Source: Candidatus Limadaptatus stercoripullorum
GTDB lineage: Bacteria > Bacillota > Clostridia > Christensenellales > CAG-917
Direction: 5' to 3'
Length of the DNA stretch: 48,936 bases
Assembly (NCBI GenBank): GCA_018713795.1
Contig: DVOE01000088.1
Coordinates: forward strand, 1-48,936
The notes under the pieces were generated by a model that worked only from the letters and a program-made list of their open reading frames with translations, was not told where the DNA came from and ran no database searches. Positions 35,319 to 42,775 of the stretch are shown here, piece after piece; position 1 is the stretch's first letter, and each line of letters starts with the position of its first letter. Made by a program: the position numbers and the translations under genes.

Positions 35319-36134
35319 ATGAAAAAGATACTAGCGATAGCACTCACCTGTCTGCTCGTGGCGGCGTTCGCCGTCGCGCTCGTCGCCTGCGATCCCGTGG
35401 AGAAGTCCGAAAAGATCTCGGCGACCGTCGAGGACCTCAACAAAATCATCGCCAATGAGCCTTTCGAGGATTTCCTGCACTACCGCGTGACCCGCACGAG
35501 CGAGAGCGGCACTTACTCCGCCGAAGTCTACATGATCGACCGCGGCGCAGACGGTCGCGATGTCTACGCCGACGAGACGCGCGAGGACGGCAGCCGCCGC
35601 ATAAGGGCGGCGGCAGGCAGCGGCATTACCGCGATGCTCGGCTCCACCCTCGTCAGCGCCGGCGGCGAGCTCGTGTACAACTACGCTTTCTCCGAAAGCA
35701 ACTCTTGGGCGAACGAGCTCCGCACGAAATACGATATGGTCGGCGTGGACGCCACCGACATATTCAACGCCATTAAGCCCGGCGAGGCGATGACCGAATT
35801 CCGCGCGGCGCTCGGCAGCGGCAACCCCAGGATCACCTCCGCTCTGCGCTACATCCGCGGCAAGGAAGTCACCAAGTACGAGTACACCATCGAATTCAAC
35901 ATCCAAAGCACGGACGGCTCCGCACGCGGCACCGCCATGCTGGTCACCGACGGAAGCGGCAAGGTCACCGAAGTCTCCTGCACCGATGAGAGCGGCACCA
36001 TCACCGTGCAGTACATCTACGACTTCTCGGGCGAGCAGGGTTTCGACTGGCTGGCGGGACTTGCTCTCAACGACGAGATCGCCATGCGCGCGGCATATTG
36101 CGCCCGCACCGGTTTTGCCGAAAAAGATCTCTGA
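35319..36134 (+). CDS. lipoprotein of unknown function (271 aa)
   Basis: ORF trimmed to MKKILAIALTCLLVAAFAVALVAC (LVAC lipobox), with GGAGAG upstream. No motif recognised in the mature part. Confidence 0.7.
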   Translation: MKKILAIALTCLLVAAFAVALVACDPVEKSEKISATVEDLNKIIANEPFEDFLHYRVTRTSESGTYSAEVYMIDRGADGRDVYADETREDGSRRIRAAAGSGITAMLGSTLVSAGGELVYNYAFSESNSWANELRTKYDMVGVDATDIFNAIKPGEAMTEFRAALGSGNPRITSALRYIRGKEVTKYEYTIEFNIQSTDGSARGTAMLVTDGSGKVTEVSCTDESGTITVQYIYDFSGEQGFDWLAGLALNDEIAMRAAYCARTGFAEKDL

Positions 36135-36157
36135 TTGATATCCGACACGAGAATGCG

Positions 36158-36188
36158 AAGACCGCGCCGAACGGCGCGGTCTTTTTTT
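36158..36188 (+). terminator. intrinsic terminator after the lipoprotein gene
   Basis: GACCGCGCC-GAAC-GGCGCGGTC followed by TTTTTTT. Confidence 0.8.
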
Positions 36189-36266
36189 ATCCTTTGTCTT
36201 CGGGACCGCTCTCTCCTCGGAGCGATCCTTTTCCGCGCTTTTGCGCGGACGAAACTTGCGGGAATG

Positions 36267-36572
36267 TTATTCGCCGCGGAAGAGATATCTTTGAAGGTCG
36301 ACGGCGTTCCCTTCGACCTCGACGCCCTCCGCGCGGAGAAGCGACGCCTGCGCGTCTATGCCGCCGAAGGCGAACGCGGGAGCCAGCCGCCCTTCCCTGT
36401 TCACGATGCGGTGGCAGGGTATGACGCCGGGACGGGGGTTCATGTGCAGGGCGTACCCCACCGCGCGGGAAGCGCGCGGCGAGCCGCACATAGCGGCGAT
36501 CTGCCCGTAAGTCGCGACTTTGCCCGCAGGCACGCGGCAGACGGCTTCATAAACTTTATCGTAAAAACTCAT
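36267..36572 (-). CDS. MGMT-family protein (methylated-DNA-protein-cysteine methyltransferase DNA-binding/active-site domain only)
   Basis: ORF trimmed to MSFYDKVYEAVCRVPAGKVATYGQIAAMCGSPRASRAVGYALHMNP...IPCHRIVN (PCHR active-site motif). 101 aa. Its ATG overlaps the upstream TGA. Confidence 0.8.
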   Translation of the reverse strand: MSFYDKVYEAVCRVPAGKVATYGQIAAMCGSPRASRAVGYALHMNPRPGVIPCHRIVNREGRLAPAFAFGGIDAQASLLRAEGVEVEGNAVDLQRYLFRGE

Positions 36573-37378
36573 CTCTTTATCCCGAGCACCCTCTCGGCGT
36601 TCGCGTGGAAGATCATCTCCTTCTCCTCGGCGGTGAAGGAATAGGTCTCGAGGCGCGCCTTCTCTTCCGCCGCGTCGCTCCATGGCGAATCCGAGGCGAA
36701 CAGCACTCTGTCCGCGCCGTGTTTTTCGACGATGGCTTCAAAGAGGCCCTGGGGGCAGTACTTGGACGCCATGGAGGTGTCCAGCATTATCTCCCTGCCC
36801 GCGAGGGTGTCGTAGACATCCTCCCACTGCGACTGCCCGCCGAGGTGCGCCGCGACGAGCCGGTCCCCGCAGCCGGGGAAGGCGCCCGCTATGCGCGCGA
36901 ACATGAACGGGTCGCTCCTGTACGGCGGAGTGCCGATGGGATCGTAGCCCGCGTGCCACACGATGATAAGCCCCTTGTCCAGGGCGTATTCGTAGACGGG
37001 GAACAGCTCCTTCTCGTCGGCGACGAACTCCTGATATTCGGGGTGCAGCTTTATGCCTTTGAGCCCGAGCGAGACCACGAGATCGATGTCGCGTTTGTAG
37101 TCGTCCGTATGCGGGAAGATGCCGCCGAAAGCGACTATCTTCTCACCGTCGTTTATGCTCGCCGCCCACTTGTTGATGGTCTCGGTCTGGCGCTGTTTGG
37201 TGACGATGGGGAGCACGACGGACTTGTCCACGCCGTGCGCGTCCATATAGGCGGTGAGGCCGCCGAGGGTCATGTCCGTGCAGTGGGTGTAGGCGCCGTG
37301 CGAGTTTTCCATGAGCACGGCGCGGGCGCGCGGAGCCAGCGCGTCGGCGAATATGTGTGCGTGAAAATCTATGAGCAT
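36569..37378 (-). CDS. metal-dependent amidohydrolase-family (TIM-barrel) hydrolase
   Basis: N-terminal MLIDFHAHIF (HxH metal motif), later HAGYDP and a C-terminal FASDSPW (Asp ligand context). Confidence 0.7.
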   Translation of the reverse strand: MLIDFHAHIFADALAPRARAVLMENSHGAYTHCTDMTLGGLTAYMDAHGVDKSVVLPIVTKQRQTETINKWAASINDGEKIVAFGGIFPHTDDYKRDIDLVVSLGLKGIKLHPEYQEFVADEKELFPVYEYALDKGLIIVWHAGYDPIGTPPYRSDPFMFARIAGAFPGCGDRLVAAHLGGQSQWEDVYDTLAGREIMLDTSMASKYCPQGLFEAIVEKHGADRVLFASDSPWSDAAEEKARLETYSFTAEEKEMIFHANAERVLGIKR

Positions 37379-37450
37379 AACGCTCTCCTTCTTTCCCCCT
37401 AAACGGTTTTACAGCAGCCCTCCCCGTTTGTCAAGCGCGGGAGCGCCCCA

Positions 37451-38224
37451 TTAAAGCAGGTCTTTGACCGCCTTGTAGACATAGTTCTTTTTGAGCACGC
37501 GGTAGAAGGTGGGCAGGCTGTTGAAACCGCTCTCCGAAGCCGCCTCCGAGACCGTGCAGCCCGTGCGGCGCATGAGATCCAGCGCGCGCATCATCCTCAC
37601 CGCCGACACATAGTCGGTGAGCGAAGTGCCGAGAGCGGCGTTGAACATCCGCGAGAAATAGTATTTGCTGTAACCGAAGTGCTCCGCCATGGACGAAAGG
37701 GTGATATCTTCGGCGTAGTTCTCGTTGATGTAGGCGAGCAGCTCGTCCACAAAACTCTGCCTCTCCTTGACGCCGTCCGTGTAGCCGAGCTTGTCCATGA
37801 GACTGCCGAGGATGAAGTCGCAATGCGCCTTTTTGAGCAGCGGATTGCACTCCCCGCCCGCGAGAGCCTCGAAATCGGGCAGCAGCGAGCGGCAGAACTC
37901 CGCGTCCGTCACCACGCTCCCGAGCGGCATCTTCTCGCCGAACACCGCGTAGTAGTCGCCGAGCATCCTGTTGGGGAATACGATGACCGTCTGGGTGCTC
38001 CCCGGACTTTCGGCATAGCCATGCATCTCGTAGCTGTTGGCAAAGAAAATGCTGTCCGCGCCGAGAGTGAGTTCCTTGCCCGCGGCGGTCAGCGTCTTGC
38101 TCCCCGAGAGCACATACATGACCTCCACCTTGCGGTGGAAATGCACGGGACAGACATTGTCACAGGCGGCGGAGCAGAAAAGCTCCTCGTCGCGTTCTCT
38201 GTTGAGTTCGTATCCGGCAAGCAT
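37451..38224 (-). CDS. AraC-family transcriptional regulator with N-terminal cupin-like domain
   Basis: C-terminal ITLSSMAEHFGYSKYYFSRMFNAALGTSLTDYVSAVRMMRALDLM...SEAASESGFNSLPTFYRVLKK (double HTH). Confidence 0.85.
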   Translation of the reverse strand: MLAGYELNRERDEELFCSAACDNVCPVHFHRKVEVMYVLSGSKTLTAAGKELTLGADSIFFANSYEMHGYAESPGSTQTVIVFPNRMLGDYYAVFGEKMPLGSVVTDAEFCRSLLPDFEALAGGECNPLLKKAHCDFILGSLMDKLGYTDGVKERQSFVDELLAYINENYAEDITLSSMAEHFGYSKYYFSRMFNAALGTSLTDYVSAVRMMRALDLMRRTGCTVSEAASESGFNSLPTFYRVLKKNYVYKAVKDLL

Positions 38225-38359
38225 GTCTACCTCCCCGAAACGCGTCGTAACACCGCAACAAATGAGAATATCATTCGCGGAATTTTAATGCGCGTTTCAC
38301 AAGGGAATACTATCATATGAGCGGAAATAAGACAACAAATTCTCATCAGGAGGTGTCAT

Positions 38360-38452
38360 ATGAAAAACAGTAAGCAAATAATGCCTGCTGCAACCGGCAA
38401 AAATACCGCAAGCCGAATCAGTCAGGCACTCTTCTGGATCGCCCGCAGATGA
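38360..38452 (+). CDS. candidate 30-aa small ORF
   Basis: Found by eye; too short for the ORF track. AGGAGG lies 6 nt before the ATG. Product MKNSKQIMPAATGKNTASRISQALFWIARR. It sits in an AT-rich island and is followed by a perfect 9-bp hairpin GTGCGGAAA-TCC-TTTCCGCAC (38459-38479). There is no homology evidence. Confidence 0.25.
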   Translation: MKNSKQIMPAATGKNTASRISQALFWIARR

Positions 38453-38494
38453 CGGGCATGTGCGGAAATCCTTTCCGCACCGCAACAAACGGAG

Positions 38495-38525
38495 AAAACG
38501 CCGCGGGACTTCCCGCGGCGTTTTT
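38495..38525. terminator. intrinsic terminator ending the long minus-strand gene run
   Basis: AAAACGCCGCGGGA-CT-TCCCGCGGCGTTTTT, a perfect 10-bp palindromic stem. It abuts the LMW-PTP stop codon. Confidence 0.8.
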
Positions 38526-39037
38526 CACTTCTCGCTCTCTTCTTCCGCAGGGGCTCCCGCCTCGCCCGCGAACTGCCTCTCCAACTTCTCGGCGTACAGG
38601 GTGAGGTACTTCTTTATCACGCTCATCACTCTGTCGTAGTCGTTCTGCGAAGTGTAAAGGAAGGGGTCGGGGATGGGCACATACTTGCCCGTCGCCGCCT
38701 CGGACAGCGTCACGAACTTGTCGCGGTACTTACGCGGCGTGAGCAGACGGTGCAGCCTGCCCATGCCGATGATGACATCCGCTTCCTCGAACCGCTGCTT
38801 ATCCGTGCTCTTGTAGGCGGGCTTGTGGGCGAGGATCTGTTCCTTTGGGAACCCCTCGCGCTCAAGGCTCACCACGGCCTTGGGGTAGATGACCTTGCTG
38901 CGGTTGAACACCGCGGACGATCCCACCTCGATCCCCACCTTGGACAGCACGGGACTCTGTTCCACCAGCCGTCTGAACACGAATTCGGCAAACGGGCTGC
39001 GGCACACATTGCTCGAACACACAAACAGTATCTTCAT
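38525..39037 (-). CDS. low-molecular-weight protein-tyrosine phosphatase / ArsC-like family
   Basis: MKILFVCSSNVCRSPFAE carries the CX5R(S) P-loop. A conserved Asp region follows later. 170 aa. Confidence 0.8.
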   Translation of the reverse strand: MKILFVCSSNVCRSPFAEFVFRRLVEQSPVLSKVGIEVGSSAVFNRSKVIYPKAVVSLEREGFPKEQILAHKPAYKSTDKQRFEEADVIIGMGRLHRLLTPRKYRDKFVTLSEAATGKYVPIPDPFLYTSQNDYDRVMSVIKKYLTLYAEKLERQFAGEAGAPAEEESEK

Positions 39038-39082
39038 ATCCTCCTCCCCTCGTATATTCTCCCGCGAGCGGGATATCCTTTG

Positions 39083-40132
39083 TTATTTTGCGTGGGCGGG
39101 CGGCAGCGCACGCGGCACTACGACGGTCATGTCGCCGTCGGGATAGGTGCAGCAGAGGCATATCCTCCCCTCCCGCCTATCTTCCTCCGAGCGCGTGTCG
39201 TGCCGCTCTTCGACGGTGTACTCCCCCGCGAGCACGAGGCTCTTGCACCACCCGCATCTGCCCGTGTGACAGGCGGAGCGCACTTTGAGCCCCGCGCGTT
39301 CGAGCGCAGCCATGACCGTCTCGTTGTCCCTCGCGGGCACAGACTCGCTCCCGCCGCCGTCCTCTATCACGGTCAGCGTGTGCACGGCGGACGGCTCCGC
39401 GGCGCGGTCGGTCACCCCGTTGGGGGAACGGCGCACGCCCCTCAAAAACGGGCTCAGGGACGCCTCTCTTTCCACGCTTTCATAGAAGGCGTCGCCGCCG
39501 CACATGAACAGCGTGAACGCACGATCCACATGTTTATCTAACAGTTCGGCACGGAAAAACCCTTTTTCGGCGTCTTTCCGCACTCCGTCCGCGGCGATGC
39601 GCACCACCTTCACCCGCGAGGGATCGAGCACCGCGAGCTCCTCGTCGAAGAGAAATTCGCGGGAGTCGTCCACCGCATAAAAGAGGGTCATCGTGTACGG
39701 CGCGCCGTCCGAGGACGCCTTTGCGAGCGAGAGGAGCGCGGTTATGCCCGCTCCGCCCGCCACGCCGACGATATGGCTCTCGTCGCGCTCCTCGTCGTAG
39801 ACAAAGTCGCCGAGCGGGACGCCCGCGAGCACTTTGCCGCCGACCTCGGTCCGGTCGGTGAGCCACCCCGAGAGCACGCCCGCCTTTTTTACGGTGACGA
39901 TGTAGACTCCCTCCTTATCCGTCTCGCGGGGAGAGGAAGCGAGGGTGTAGGCGCGGGTGACGCGGCTGCCGTCGAACTCGCCCGTGAGCGCTATGTACTG
40001 CCCCGCCCTTGCGGGAGCGAGAGGCTCGTCCGTCCCCGAACGGAAGACGAAGGTGACAAGCCCCGGGCAGTGCGTCCTCTTTTCCGCCACCTTGAGCAGT
40101 TGCAGGGGCGGTTTGGTGTCAAAAGTCGCCAT
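39083..40132 (-). CDS. FNR-like FAD/NAD(P)-binding oxidoreductase with C-terminal plant-type 2Fe-2S domain
   Basis: RAYTLAS (RxYS/T FAD motif), GVAGGAGITALLS (NAD-binding glycine motif) and the C-terminal CHTGRCGWCKS...CLCC cysteine cluster. Confidence 0.8.
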   Translation of the reverse strand: MATFDTKPPLQLLKVAEKRTHCPGLVTFVFRSGTDEPLAPARAGQYIALTGEFDGSRVTRAYTLASSPRETDKEGVYIVTVKKAGVLSGWLTDRTEVGGKVLAGVPLGDFVYDEERDESHIVGVAGGAGITALLSLAKASSDGAPYTMTLFYAVDDSREFLFDEELAVLDPSRVKVVRIAADGVRKDAEKGFFRAELLDKHVDRAFTLFMCGGDAFYESVEREASLSPFLRGVRRSPNGVTDRAAEPSAVHTLTVIEDGGGSESVPARDNETVMAALERAGLKVRSACHTGRCGWCKSLVLAGEYTVEERHDTRSEEDRREGRICLCCTYPDGDMTVVVPRALPPAHAK

Positions 40133-40133
40133 A

Positions 40134-41219
40134 TCAGTCTATCGCGAGAGTCATCCTGTTGTACACCAGCTCGCTTATGAAGTCCGCCGCCGCCATGAAC
40201 ATGAAGAACGGCAGCGAGAACAGACCTATGAGCAGCGTGGAGATCTTCTTGGTCTCGGCGACGCGCGCCATCCTGAGCGCCCAGGACAGCACCCAGCCGA
40301 AGCACAGCAAAAGGATGAGTTTGACGGGCAGCGGGAGCGCCTCGAACTTCTGAACGAGTTTGCCCTGATCCGCGACCTCGGGGACGGACAGCGTGAAGCA
40401 GGAGCCCTTCCCCTCCTTGCTCTTGACGGTGATGTCTCCGCCGTGCTTTTTTGCTATGTCTTTTGCTATATAGAGCCCAAGTCCCGAGCTCTTGGAGTCG
40501 GTGCGCGAGGAGTCTTCCATGAAGAACTTGTCAAAGACATAGGGAAGATTGCGCTTCTTTATCCCCCTGCCGTTGTCCTTCACCGAGACGAGGAGCATCT
40601 TGCCCCACCTCTTGAAGGACACCACGACCTTGCCGCCGTCCTCGGTGTACTTGATGGCGTTGGTGACGAGGTTCTGGAGCAGGCGTTCCATGTCCTGCCG
40701 GTTGACATAGATCTTGGCGGCGGGGACGCGGCGCACCTTGTAAGTGATGTTCTTTGCGGCGGCGAGATCGGCGAACTTCTCGAGCGCGCTCGTAAAAAAA
40801 TACCTCGCGTCCACGAGATCGCGAAGCTTCGGGATTTCGTTTATCTCCTGCTGGGAGGTGTCGACGAGTTTCAGGACAAGATCGTTGATCTGGGTTATCT
40901 TTTCACCTATCAGCTCGAGATAATCCTTGTCGTCCATGCCGTCGCCGAGACATTCGGTGTAGCCCGCGATGAGCGCGAGCGGAGTCTTGATATCGTGCGC
41001 GACGGAAGCGATGGCGAGCTTGTTCTGCTCCACCATCTTCGCCTCGCGCATCTCTCTCTCGAGCATATTCTGCCTGAGCTCTTCGAGGCTGCGAAGCACC
41101 TTTTTCTGACCGGGACCGCCGCGCTCCTGGATGGGGGTCGCGGTGTCGCCCTCGCACAGCGCCTGCGTCGCTGCGAGGACATATCCGATCTTCTTGCCGT
41201 CAGACCGCTTTGCGCACAT
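40134..41219 (-). CDS. sensor histidine kinase lacking an N-terminal sensor, with two C-terminal TM helices
   Basis: H-box SVAHDIKTPLALIAGY, N-box LLQNLVTNAIKYT, G-boxes DNGRGI / GLGLYIAKDI. The last ~70 aa (LPLPVKLILLLCFGWVLSWAL ... LLIGLFSLPFFMFMAAADFI) are hydrophobic. Confidence 0.85.
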   Translation of the reverse strand: MCAKRSDGKKIGYVLAATQALCEGDTATPIQERGGPGQKKVLRSLEELRQNMLEREMREAKMVEQNKLAIASVAHDIKTPLALIAGYTECLGDGMDDKDYLELIGEKITQINDLVLKLVDTSQQEINEIPKLRDLVDARYFFTSALEKFADLAAAKNITYKVRRVPAAKIYVNRQDMERLLQNLVTNAIKYTEDGGKVVVSFKRWGKMLLVSVKDNGRGIKKRNLPYVFDKFFMEDSSRTDSKSSGLGLYIAKDIAKKHGGDITVKSKEGKGSCFTLSVPEVADQGKLVQKFEALPLPVKLILLLCFGWVLSWALRMARVAETKKISTLLIGLFSLPFFMFMAAADFISELVYNRMTLAID

Positions 41220-41222
41220 TTC

Positions 41223-41897
41223 TCAGTCCTGCCACTTGTAGCCAAGCCCCCACACGGTGACCACATTGTTGATCCCGTACTTGCCGAGCTTGTCGCGAAG
41301 TCTCGCCACCGTCACCGCGACGGTGTTCTCGTCTATGTAATCGTCATAGCCCCAGACGAGGTCTATGAGCTGCCTCTTGCCGAACAGCTGATTGGGATGG
41401 CGGGTGAGCACATCGAGAAGGGCGAACTCCTTTGCGGTGAGCGGCACGATCTCGTCCTTGACCTTGACCTCGTGGCGGGTGGATGACACGGACAGATCGC
41501 CGTATTCGCGCTCCGCCTTGTCCTTGGTGTTGAACTCGTAGTAGCGGCGAAGCTGCGCGTTCACTCTGCCCACCATCTCCTTGAAGGAGAAGGGTTTGGT
41601 GATATAGTCGTCGGCGCCGAGCTCGAACATGCGGAGTTTCTCGTCCTCGCCGACTATCGCGGACACGACGATGACGGGGATGCTCATGGAGCGGCGAAGC
41701 TCCGCGCACACCTCGTAGCCGTCCACGACGGGCATCATTATGTCGAGGAGCACCAGATCGGGCTGCATGCTCCGCGCGTACTCCAGCGCCTGCGCGCCGT
41801 TGAACGCCTGATAGACGGAGTGCCCGGCTTTGATGAGATAATTGCGCATCATGTCGCTGAGCTCGGTGTTGTCTTCCGCGATAAGTATCTTTCTCAT
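41223..41897 (-). CDS. OmpR/PhoB-family response regulator
   Basis: MRKILIAEDN...DLVLLDIMMPVVDGYEV receiver domain. C-terminal winged helix (VTVARLRDKLGK...VTVWGLGYKW). Confidence 0.9.
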   Translation of the reverse strand: MRKILIAEDNTELSDMMRNYLIKAGHSVYQAFNGAQALEYARSMQPDLVLLDIMMPVVDGYEVCAELRRSMSIPVIVVSAIVGEDEKLRMFELGADDYITKPFSFKEMVGRVNAQLRRYYEFNTKDKAEREYGDLSVSSTRHEVKVKDEIVPLTAKEFALLDVLTRHPNQLFGKRQLIDLVWGYDDYIDENTVAVTVARLRDKLGKYGINNVVTVWGLGYKWQD

Positions 41898-42775
41898 ATC
41901 TTTTCACCCTCCTCCGCGGGCAGGTCTATGCCGTGCGCCGCGAAATAGCGGATATAATCCTCGTGGCAGTAATCGCACACATCCTTTTGAGTCAGCCCGT
42001 CGATATCCGACGAGAAAGTGTAGGGACCGTTGACCTTGTAGCGGTTCATCGCGCCTATCCTGATGGCGTCCGTGGGACAGTGGAAGGAGCAGGCGGCGCA
42101 GCCCATGCAATGCCTTCCGAACTTCACCTTCCCGTTCTCGTCCATGGTTATGTTCTGCTCGGGACAGAGTTTTACGCACCTGCCGCAGGAAGTGCACTTT
42201 TTCCTGTCCACCCCGAAGAACAGCCCGAGGATACGCATCCCGCCGTGCTCGAAGGCGAGCGACGCGCGGATGAGTTTTGCGCGGGCGGACACCTCCGGGA
42301 TCTTCTCCTCTCCGCGAGCCGCGAGCGCGGCGTCGGCGGGCACGGTGTTGAGCGCGGCGCGCCACATCAGAGCCACCATCTTGTCCGAATGGCGGAAGAG
42401 CATGTTGTAAGGCATCACATAATGGAACTCGCCTTTGAAGACATAGCCCTTCGCCTTCATCTTGCGGCGGAGCACCTCGGAAGAGGCGTCGTTGGCGCTG
42501 AGCGGTTCGCCGCTGGTCTTGATTATGTAGTAGGCGGAGCTCCCTTCGGGGAAGCCCGCCGCGAGGTCGAGCATTATACGCGGAGCGGCAAAACCGTGGA
42601 CGGGATAGGCGAGGAAGACGAGGTCGTACTCCGCGAGAGCGGGATAGACCGCGCCGCGCCTCACCGGTATGTATTCCGTCTCGTAGCCGAGCGCCCGAAG
42701 CTCATCCGCGAACAGATCGCAGATACGCTTCGTGTTGCCCGTCGCCGAAAACGAGTAGAATGCCGCCTTTTTCAT
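41894..42775 (-). CDS. EFR1-type ferredoxin (flavodoxin-like domain plus 2x[4Fe-4S] motifs)
   Basis: N-terminal FSATGNTKRI flavodoxin-like start. CTSCGRCVKLCP and CMGCAACSFHCP cluster motifs. ATGA overlaps on both sides. Confidence 0.75.
   Translation of the reverse strand: MKKAAFYSFSATGNTKRICDLFADELRALGYETEYIPVRRGAVYPALAEYDLVFLAYPVHGFAAPRIMLDLAAGFPEGSSAYYIIKTSGEPLSANDASSEVLRRKMKAKGYVFKGEFHYVMPYNMLFRHSDKMVALMWRAALNTVPADAALAARGEEKIPEVSARAKLIRASLAFEHGGMRILGLFFGVDRKKCTSCGRCVKLCPEQNITMDENGKVKFGRHCMGCAACSFHCPTDAIRIGAMNRYKVNGPYTFSSDIDGLTQKDVCDYCHEDYIRYFAAHGIDLPAEEGEKI

Noticed and set aside
38297-38488. 63-aa minus-strand ORF in the AraC upstream spacer
   Set aside because: It has no SD and a Cys/Pro/Ser-rich implausible product, and it reads through a hairpin. 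The plus-strand 30-codon ORF is a better (still weak) candidate.
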